From Ruditapes philippinarum (taxonomy: Eukaryota): a stretch of 64,000 nt of DNA. This document shows positions 37,101 to 46,657 of this stretch, in pieces. Under the pieces are notes generated by a model that saw only the letters and a program-made list of their open reading frames with translations, was not told where the DNA came from and made no database searches. Where the stretch lies: contig NW_026866323.1 of assembly GCF_026571515.1 (NCBI RefSeq), forward strand, positions 1-64,000. Reading direction: 5' to 3'. Position numbers and translations under genes: made by a program. Every line of letters starts with the position of its first letter. The stretch's first letter is position 1.

Positions 37101-39585
37101 TCAGCCACTGTAGTTTTGAGTTAAAACAAAAATAAATGTTTAAACGTTTTAGTCTGATGTTTCATTATATGCTTAATATTTAGGCCATATGTAGAAAATA
37201 TTTGTATTTTTGTGATTTTGTTTTGATATGACAACATGTAATTTAAATGATGTATATGTGTCTTTTTATCAATTTTTTTTCCAGCTAAGTGCAGCAGTTT
37301 TTACTCTCACGTCAGGGTACGCCATTCAGTTAAAATCTGGGTTTTTCATTCATAAAGATATGTTTATTCTCTTCTTTGCTGTGATGATTATTGCGGCCTG
37401 CGCATTCATATTTGGTCATATTAGTGTAAGTATATTTAAAATTGATATTTTGCACATAGAAAAAAATATCTAGGTGTTTAATTCGTTTCGTTTCTACCGT
37501 CCGCCCAGTCCCATTCCATTTTTTTTTTAAATATGTACAGATATTAACTTCAAATTTCAAATAATTATTTTGGGTCACAAGAGTGCTAACTATGTTTTTG
37601 AATATATCTGAAACCAGTCCTGGTTTTGACTTGAAACTTGAAATTTATGTACAGGGTCATCATAAAAGACAAATTACAACCCCCCAAAATACTAGTTTTC
37701 ACTAGTTAAGATATTTTAATGTTTTCTCGACATGTTTTGTTTCAATTAAAAAAGTATTTATTGACCATCTATTACTTCGTTTGCTGTCGTTATAATAAGT
37801 ACAGTGATAGTGATTTAATTCAGCTTAAATCAAACACATTGATGGGAGTCTTACAGCAATAGTTCTTAAAATAGACAGAAATAAAGAATCCCCAAAGAAC
37901 GTACAAAACGACAAAATTGACAATGTTGCAGGCTCAGTTTGATCGAGCCTGATCATTGACGGTAATGGAATGTGCAAGTTACCGTCCACGCCCCCTAGCA
38001 CTCTACGTGGAGGTAAGTTCAGGTAACTAGCCCCTCCACGCCTTCTGATACTCCCTTACTCTGTTTAACATACACGTGCTTAATAAAAGAGCTATTATCT
38101 TTCTTTAAAACCTCCAGATATCACTGTAAGAATATGTTACCAACGTTCTTGATTTTTATAGTCAATAATGGCTTAACTTCCTACTGCATTAAAGTTTATT
38201 TGTCATTTCATATTTTAAAGATTTATGTAATAATTGAAATCTGTTTTATTACAGATAAAATACGAGAGTAAACTGTGTGTATTTTTCTTTGGAATGTCAT
38301 CGGTTTTTCTTGTGGCAACAGGAATGTACCTTCTCGTGCAGGTGATAAATCGTTAAAATTATTCTTAACTTAATGAACGATCACTTCATGAAATAAAAGC
38401 CGTTTAAATTAAATGTTATAAAGCTGAAAGATACATACGGAAGTGCAGAGAGGACATGATTAGTTTTTATCATCCCTTGGCTAGCAGTTAACTACTCCGC
38501 CTCTTTTTATTGGCTCGCTCCGCCCTCTTTTTTATTGGCTCGTGGTCAAGAGATATATTCTTGTTTCGTTACATTGTATTTCTAATGGCCGCAAGATAAT
38601 AATGAATTCCCACATGTCCTCTTTGTGCTTCCGTAGGTACATCTCTCTAAAAAAGTGGTAAATGTGAGACAAAATTCTTTTGAAAATGTATAAGGAGTTG
38701 GTGATTTTGAAAAATAAATTATCCATGATTGAAAAATATGGCTATATATGTTTCATATCCGTTACGAAAGGAGAATGATTTATTCTTGCTTAAGTTTCCT
38801 TTCATAAATTTAATTTAAACATAAATGAAAATTGTTTTGCACCGGAATATGTGTCATTTTCAATCATAGGCTGCGGAAGACATCAATAAAACGGAAGTCG
38901 ACCACAAGCTAAGTGTTATTACTTTGTTCACAGCAATCCTTATGGTGTTCCTTAGAATAATCACGTGTACAGGATGTTATCTTGCCTATAATAACTTTGG
39001 GAAAGGTCTAAAACAAGCAGGTACATTTAACCATTTTCACGTAAACTGTTTGTGACGTAGTCTTAAATAAAGACATCCATCTAGCGTCAGTGTTGAGAGG
39101 CGTTCTAACACTTTTTAACTGCTTGTTGTTTTAAGAATATTAAGATTTTCTCTGCTTTGAGTTTGGAACTGCAATATAAAGTTTAGAAAGTTTAATACTA
39201 AAGTTGAGCTACCAACAATATAGAGCCTGGCCAGACTTCAAGTCTAATGTCAAAATCTAATCATGTTTGACTCAAGCACGTTATGATTGAGTATACGTCC
39301 TTCTCGCGATCCTTTTAACTATTCTAAGCTTTCATACTCGGCTTTAGTCGAAAATAATTGTTCACGGTACTGGATGGCTAAATGGATCTCTCCACTAATT
39401 CTTAGCGTTCAGAACTGAGTGAAAATGTACTTCCGACTGAGTTCGAAGCAAATTCAACATTTATATTTAAATATTTCATTACAGTTTACGGCGGGAATAA
39501 TTCGGAACAAAGTGGTCTGATAGAACGAGATTGGAACAATCCACTATACAGTAGCACTGATGTACAAAATAGTTATTCTAGTTAA
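31819..39585 (+). CDS. Uncharacterised multi-pass membrane protein, paralog B (about 345 aa; first coding exon uncertain)
   Basis: Exons 34247-34406, 35307-35446, 35814-36062, 37285-37425, 38255-38341, 38870-39020, 39485-39585. Intron phases match paralog A, and three exon lengths are identical (160, 140, 87 nt). Shared motifs: GVKHEDPYD, RLI, LLSVNLQ, IKYESK, AYNNFGKGLKQAVYG. The start is tentatively ATG ACA CCA|GTAAGT at 31819-31827, inside a candidate exon 31755-31827. Confidence 0.85.
32581..33994. mobile_element. TIR element filled with CATCGTACTGTC minisatellites
   Basis: Imperfect ~60-bp TIRs TACGGTG...GTTCTCTATAGAACTAAAAGCGCGAAGC / GCTTTGCGCTTTTCGTTCTTAGAGAA...CACCGCA. Arrays occur in both orientations (about 32640-33100, 33230-33320, 33765-33940). 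Confidence 0.75.
34120..34170. repeat. (AAT)n microsatellite
   Basis: About 17 perfect AAT units. Confidence 0.95.
35518..35627. repeat. Imperfect (TGAG)n microsatellite
   Basis: TGAG runs. Confidence 0.75.
36079..36494. mobile_element. Non-autonomous element with terminal ~170-bp hairpin and a second inverted-repeat pair
   Basis: Palindrome 36079-36251 centred on GAGGGCGTAGCCCGAG. ATTCTAACACGAC 36255-36267 pairs with GTCGTGTTAGAAT 36482-36494. Confidence 0.65.
36715..37112. mobile_element. GC-rich TA-flanked MITE built from CGAC/GTCG repeats
   Basis: TATGGTGGCGGATTTGGAAC ... GTACCAAATCAGCCACTGTA termini, with internal inverted repeats. Confidence 0.7.
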
Positions 39586-42029
39586 ATGTGTACAACGACG
39601 ATGTATCATGCTGCATGAACAAAGCCCATCTTGATGGAGATGGTGTCAAGGAGTATATCTCATTATATTAGTGTTAGAATGCTCAAACAATGCACTGAAT
39701 AGAGATATCTTTAAAAGTTTTTTTTTATTACTATGATAACAGTTTTAAGTTATAGACCGTTTATCTTAATTATTCTGTGACATTCATTGTGTAATAAATG
39801 TACATGTATAAACTTAAATTAGCAAGACTTTTGTGCCGTGATATATCATATCTCTAACTGAATATGTTTATTTCATATTCAGTGGTGGTAACAATAAGGT
39901 ACTATATGTAGGCAACTTCAATGGCCTTTGAAAGTGTGTGTTTAAATCCCGTCTTTGACACTGGAATTTTCACATGAGGAAGCTATCTATCTCGTAGAAT
40001 AAACAAAAACTAGCTATCGAAGGCACAAACCCTACTCTTGTTACAAAAAAGTTTCTTTTCAGTGACGAGAAGTGGACTCAATCGTGGTTAATCAAAATTA
40101 TGAAGATTGAACAATGGACTATCAACTTATTTTATAAATAAGTAGCCAGTTCTGACTGTAGCATTGTATATGCAAATTTCTCGTCGCTATAAGACCTATT
40201 ACAATTATGAAACCACACTGTAGTTACACAAAATATTCGTAGGGTTAACTTAATAAATGTGATAATTATGTTAAAACTTTCGTTCTGTTAAAAAGTTATT
40301 TCAAAACCTACTCGTTATTTTTGAAATTGTGACGATATTCTTTCTCATTGTTGCAGTTAGACTTAACTGAGTTTTTTTGGTATCACGGGACTGGAATATT
40401 TCCCGTGATTATCTTATCATTTGATGTAGGTCTGGACAAATTATTGTACAAACTTTCAGATCATTACAAGTACTCACGCGTATTTCCAAAATAACCATTT
40501 TCAAAAATGACCCAAAAAAGACAAACATTGCAGCATTTTTCTCGCAGATCGGGTCATGAATCTCACAAAAAAAATCGGTATTCAAAATGATTCTGTGACG
40601 ATTTCTTCACTTTCATTTGCAGAGGTTTTCATTTGAGTGGTGCTTAATCTATGTAGGAATTTCAAGTTTTATGTGTGTTTCTTTTTTTGCTTTTCAGACC
40701 TCAGTGGAACTTCTGTTATACGATTCGATTTTTAGAAACTCTATAATCAATATAGAAGCTTAAGTCACGAAATTTCAATTATATTAAATAATAAGGTTAC
40801 ATTCTCCAATACTAAACCACAGACACTCGGGTATCAGACCCTATCCCACAGCTAGAACGGTCAATAAAACTCTTTTAACACATATGGGGCATCTCTCTTT
40901 ATCATTTAAACCATTCCACAAGATACCGTACGCCAAGTTTTCAAAAGATCTTTGACGGTACATTGTACATGGATTTTTTTATTGATATGGAAATGGTTTA
41001 AAAAAACAATATTAACTTCTTTTCCCGAATCCCATATACTGTACGACAAGTCTGAAAAAGTTTGTTGACGGTACATGAGATTTTTATTGATGATGAAATT
41101 GTTAAAAAAACCAAATATAAATGATTAAGACAGTACCCTGTTTGTGTTAAGTTTTTGACCATTTTGAGGGGTGGTTCAAGCCGCAGGAGAGGGTCTGACA
41201 CCCAAGCGTCTGTGTACTTAACAGTATAGGCAGATGCGTGAAACAGCCAAATTTTGCCAATGAACATCTCATTGTCACGCACGACTTTCATCGTTAAAAA
41301 GCTGTATGCTAACGCATTCTTTCCTGAACTGAAATTCAATATTCATAACATTGAGTTGTCCTTAAATTGATAGACCCCTAACCTGACTTTAACCACAAAT
41401 ATTGGCATGTGCTCTTTAGTTAAAATTAGACAGGCATCAGGCAAACAGTTGATAAAGGAGTATCTTTAGAACCGTAGTTCTGACCCATTGTATACACCGG
41501 TCTAACTGAGAGACCGGTGTGTATACAATGTTTCTGACCAAAATGCATTAAGAAGATTTACGGTGGGGGTGGGGAATATGGCCTTATGGGAGTTTCTAAG
41601 TTGGGTTCTAATTAACTGCATAAATGGACATCTTTTTCTTTTTAAATACCAGTTCACAATGTTTTAACCATGTCAGGTGATAAAACTATCACATCCATAC
41701 GTAACATCAAGCGGATGTTTTATCTTGTAAATATTATGCCACTAGCTCTGTGTTTAGAAACATCAAATGTAATTTATTTAAAATTCACATCAAAGTAAAA
41801 AATGCTCAACAAAGAAATCGCTTAACATTTTAATATTTATCAAAACTAACCGTGTACAAATTTGCCATTCATACAAACATATTTCAACTAATGAATATTT
41901 CACCAACCATGAACACATTGTAAATCAACAAAGTCACAAAATTAGAACTTTTAATTAGAATTAATACTGATAATTGTTCCCTGTTCACTGTCACACTCAC
42001 TTTTAACTAAGGGAGACAACTATATTTTA

Positions 42030-44552
42030 TTATTTATCACCATTGTCTTTAGATTCCAAATGTTCAAATGGAACTAAGTTTTCTTTGGGAGCCTCCTCAA
42101 TAGCTTTTGGTGCCGGGCCTTCAATCTCTAGGACACCGTCTGACGACAGACGAGATTTTAACGCGTTCGGATCCACGTTTTCTGGTAACGTAAACTCCCT
42201 CGTGAATTCTCGGTGCTCTTTACGACCAGGCTCATCAACTACGTGTTTAGCATGAACTTTTAGTGTGTTGTCCAGGGTTTTAACAGTAATCTCCTCGGGT
42301 TTGAAATCACTACAGTCAAATCTCAGTTTAAGTTTTCTGTTACCTGCAGCATCTGAAACATCATTTAAAACAATTATATATTAGGGTCCAAATACTACTT
42401 TCATGTAGCTGATAATTGCATTTCAATATTATTACAAAACCAGATTCTTAAAGGCACAGTATGCCTCAGAAACGAAAAAAAATTTATTCTTGAGAAAGGG
42501 AAACTATGAAATTAATTTGAAATAATCCTTTTAGAGCATGCTTTTCACCTGAATAAATTAAAGTAGCACTGAATTTGAAATTATTTCTCAAAAATGTAGT
42601 GAAAAATAAACAAAGTATTATTTTGACTTCCATACTAAATACTTAACTGTACCATTTGCCAAAATGTATGTCAGGTACATGTATGATAAATGCGGTATGG
42701 GTAACACTTTGGAAACTTTATGGTCAAAAGATCAAAAATAAAAAGCTTTTTTGGGGAAATTAAAATAAGCATTTCTGGGACTTATTTTATTGGCCTTCAA
42801 TAAAGGTTGTTGTTCTTCAAATTTATGAATAAGATTATTTAATTATGTACATATAGTCATGTGATTACCTAAAAGAGCAGTCTATTTAAAGGTTATCTAG
42901 ATTCTATTTAGGTGTTAAAGCTGCATGCCTCCAGATGGGCCAAAATATTTCAAGAATATTAAAGGAGAAAAATGTACTGAGATTAACAAAAAAGGTATTC
43001 AAGGTTTACATGTAATTTACATATCAGTTATACGTGAACTGATTAAGGACTGATTTTGCAGTATTTATCACGCTATCTCTACTGGTTACTAACGCACTAA
43101 GGGCTATTTTTACTGATTTTAAGGGAATTTAACCTCTACTACTTATTTTGACCTCTTTTCGGTTATTTTGATTAAGGTAGATTGCAAGACTTAGTGATGT
43201 TTGCAATGTGAAGATCTAAATTAAGATTTTATTTTTGCTTGCTTTTTTAATATACATCTTCAAAAAATTTCCTGAAAATCTGTCCCAGAGGCATACCGAT
43301 TTAAACCATTAGATCTATATGGTCAAAAACATTTTTGCAAATTCTGGTATCAAATTTGCTACCATTTTGCTCCTGTATACATGTACTGACTGTTTAAAAC
43401 ACTACAGTATGATTAAAATCAGCTCAGAATGAGAACGACTAGCATAGTCTACTTAAACGTTACTGTATTGACTTGGTAACTTGTGTAAATCTTGTAATGC
43501 TATACATGTATATACAAATACGAGTCAAGAGTAAAATAGTGGTAAATTTTGCAAGTGCACTTTGTATTTCCAAACCTATACCAAGCATAGGTGTTCGGCA
43601 CGTTGATATATATGTCACTATCTCCGCCTTCCCCACCCCCCCCCCTACCGACTCTACAACCCTCTTACCTCTCAAAACCATGTAAACTGCAGTATTTATC
43701 ATTTGAAACATGTTTTAATATTTTGGATCATTTTCCTTCATTTCCCACAAAAAAAAACAGAAAAAAAGATACATACTGTACTGTATAGTATATTTAGTAA
43801 ATAGAATCTATACAGTACAGTAAAGTAATGTAGATCTAGATTCTATCATTTTTTTTATTTTTGTGGGAAATGAAGGTAGTTATTTTATTTTAATTACCAA
43901 ATATTAAAACAGGTTTCAAATGAAAAATACTGCAGTTTACATGGTTTTGAGAGGTAGGAGGGTTATAGAATGAGGGGGGGGGGGGGGGGGTTAGTGACCA
44001 ATCAACGCGCCGAACACCTATAATAGATGATACCAAGCCATTCTTTGAATCAAATTTTCTATTTCAAAATTCAATTTTTCTCAGAGTGCTGTACAGTAAA
44101 GCCTACTGGAACTTTTTGAATCCTATCATTATAAATACTGGCTTGTTCTTTGATACACGCCTGATGGAATGGCATGTTTTAAAAGAAAAAAGAAAAAAAA
44201 AGAACTTAACAGCACTGCTATTCAGAGACATTTAATGATAGATATAGTGTTTGTGATAGATCTAATTCAATCGCTTGCATTAGAATTCTAGATCTATAAT
44301 ATTTCTTAACATAAATTCCCACTTACCTGTAACAAAAGGTTGTTTTACACTCAGCAAGGACGGCTCGGCATCCATCTGATGTAGTTCTCGGCGCACTCTA
44401 TCTAGTTCGTCATGGAATCTTCTTTCTGAATCCTCGAAACTTGTAAGTCGCCAGTCGTCTTCAAACTGGTCTAGCCAGTCGGAGAATAAATCTCTCTGGC
44501 GTCCAAAGAAATCAAAATCTCCTCTCCAAACAGGCACTAAATTCCAAGCCAT
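42030..44552 (-). CDS. Small heat shock protein (HSP20 / alpha-crystallin family), 182 aa, 2 exons
   Basis: Exons 44327-44552 (MAWNLVPVWRGDFDFF...QPFVT) and 42030-42352 (DAAGNRKLKLRFDCSDFKPEEITVKTLDNTLKVHAKH...REFTREFTLPENVDPNALKSRLSSDGVLEIEGP...NLVPFEHLESKDNGDK*). This is a canonical alpha-crystallin domain with a phase-1 GT-AG intron. Confidence 0.96.
42915..43304. mobile_element. TTAA-flanked MITE, same family
   Basis: TTAAAGCTGCATGCCTCCAGAT ... AGAGGCATACCGATTTAA, in the sHSP intron. Confidence 0.55.
43587..44021. mobile_element. Fold-back MITE (~200-bp arms) in sHSP intron
   Basis: ATAGGTGTTCGGCACGTTGAT / ATCAACGCGCCGAACACCTAT, C-run / G-run, and CCTCTCAAAACCATGTAAACTGCAGTATT with its reverse complement. 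Confidence 0.85.
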
Positions 44553-44652
44553 GTTACAGTTTATAAAATGTGTAGATTTAAAATCTCTAAAATTGCTTTC
44601 TTGTTCGTTTTTTTTACGTTTTTGATTTGTTTTGAATCTGCCGCGCGAACGC

Positions 44653-44701
44653 TTATATACGGTATCGGACGAGCGTGGCAAAATGTAGAACGTTCGCGAA
44701 T
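44653..44701 (-). promoter_or_regulatory. sHSP promoter: TATA box plus heat-shock element
   Basis: TATATAA on the minus strand at 44653-44659. A perfect three-unit HSE aGAAcgTTCgcGAAt lies at 44687-44701, about 30 bp upstream of the TATA box. Confidence 0.9.
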
Positions 44702-45109
44702 GGTATATTCTCGTGGTTTCCCGATAAATCACGTAAACAACTTTTTGAGGTTAAACGGGGTCAGGTTAAATGAGGTCAAGCTTGTCGTGGCTATAAATAG
44801 TATCTAACTTAAATCATAGTGTTTGGAGAGGATGACCTAAATGCTGATTTAATTATAAAAATTAAATTACTGGTTATCACACTCAGTACCGTGTTCACAT
44901 GTTTATTATTACGTTAACTTTTTAAATAAGATCTATGTAGAGTCTTAATGTATTTATATAATTAGTTACTTAAAGGTGTTTCTATCACATTTTGTTCGTA
45001 TTTTGATGTAACGTTATGTACAACAATGAATCTTACAATATAAATCCGAGTAAGTAATTTCCGCAAGCGGCAAGGACAGTACTGTACACACGATCAGATA
45101 GCATGTGTC

Positions 45110-45836
45110 TGGAGTACAAATCTCGTGCACACTACAGTACTTAATTAACACGCGCACATGACCTAAGTAACCCGTCTCCACGACTTAATAAACTCGCCCC
45201 CACGACTAAGAAACTCGTGCCCGAGACATAGTATCTCCTGCCCACGACTTATTTACCTCGTGCGCACGAGCCACGACATAGTAACTCGTGCACACCACAT
45301 AATTATCTCGTGCGGACGACTTAGTAACTCGTGGCCACGACATAGTTTCTCCTGCGCACGACTTATTTACCTCGTGCGCACGACTTAGAAACTCGTGGCC
45401 AAGACATAGTTTCTCATGCCCACGACTTATTTAGCTCGTGCGCACGATTTAGTAACTCGTGGCCACGACATAGTAACTCGTGCGCACCATATAATTATCT
45501 CGTGCGCACGACTTAGTTACGCGTGGCCACGACATAGTATCTCCTGCGCACGACTTATTTACCACGTGCGCACGACTTAGAAACTCGTGCCCGAGACATA
45601 GTCTCTCCTGCCCACGACTTATTTACCTCGTGCGCACGACTTAAAAACTCGTGGCCAAAACATATCTCCTGCCCACGACTTATTTACCTCGTGCGCACGA
45701 CTGAGTAACTCGTGGCAACGACATTGTAACTCGTGCGCACCACATAATTATCTCGTGCGCACGACTTTGTAACTCGTGGCCACGACATACTATCTCAGAT
45801 AAATAAAAACACGCATGCCACCCCTCTGCCGCCGTA
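45110..45836. repeat. ~21-bp minisatellite (CTCGTGCGCACGACTTAGTAA-like) within a TA-terminated element
   Basis: About 30 variant units with higher-order periodicity, ending CCCCTCTGCCGCCG|TA. Confidence 0.9.
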
Positions 45837-46657
45837 ATTGGCTGAACATTTTTTTCCTCATTTTCACAAGAGTAAAAAATGCAAATTAAAGGTACATTGT
45901 ATAAGTAGTTCACAATACATGAATTCTTACATTTAATTCTGACATTTTATAAATTTATATAGAAACTGGCACCATGGTTTTCACTTTAGCAATATTATGT
46001 CGTTATTGGTCTGCATGCTTCCAGCTAAAATATTTCAAGAAAACAAAACTTGAGTAAAAAGTACTAAGTTTCTAAGAAAGTAAAAATATTCAAGATAAAA
46101 GTAATAATTTCTATGTTATGAGCGATTTATGACCGATTTTGCAGTATTTTCCACATATTTCTCCTGCGTTTCTAACGCAGTAAGGTCTATTTTTGCATAT
46201 TTTGACCTCGTTTTGGCAATTTACATGTGCTGTTTCTGCTGTTTGCAATGTAAAAAATATTATCTTTGTTCACTTCACAATATTTTACTTTTTAATACAT
46301 TTTCAAAATTTTCATGAAAATTAACATGAATTTGGATGCGTGCTGCTTTAATATATCCTTAAACACAAAAAATGCAAAATGCATTGCGCAATTGAGCAAA
46401 TCAATTCAAGGGAGTTAACTTTGAAACGTGTCATTAAAATATACATGTTTGCTTTATTTATTGAGCGTTTATTCAACCAGCCGTGAACTTTTTTACGAAT
46501 ATATGATAGCTCAGTGATTTTAAACCAGGATGTAAGCGTTTAACATGCTTTAGTGTAAACCGACTGTTTTCAAAAAGCGTATTTTTCTGTGACCTAAATA
46601 TTTGTTTCGGATAGCGTCATTTTAAAAATTAAGAACATATTTCCACTAACCTAACTG

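Noticed and set aside
40998-41339. 113-aa ORF
   Set aside because: No recognisable motif, non-ATG start, no splice partners, and a repeat-like context.
44280-44732. 150-aa ORF as the full sHSP N-terminus
   Set aside because: The upstream part spans the TATA box and HSE. The true start is ATG 44552, and the ORF tail runs into the intron.
45110-45800. Regular ~21-bp repeat array resembling a CRISPR array
   Set aside because: There are no unique spacers and no cas genes, the context is eukaryotic, and the same minisatellite recurs at about 58 kb.
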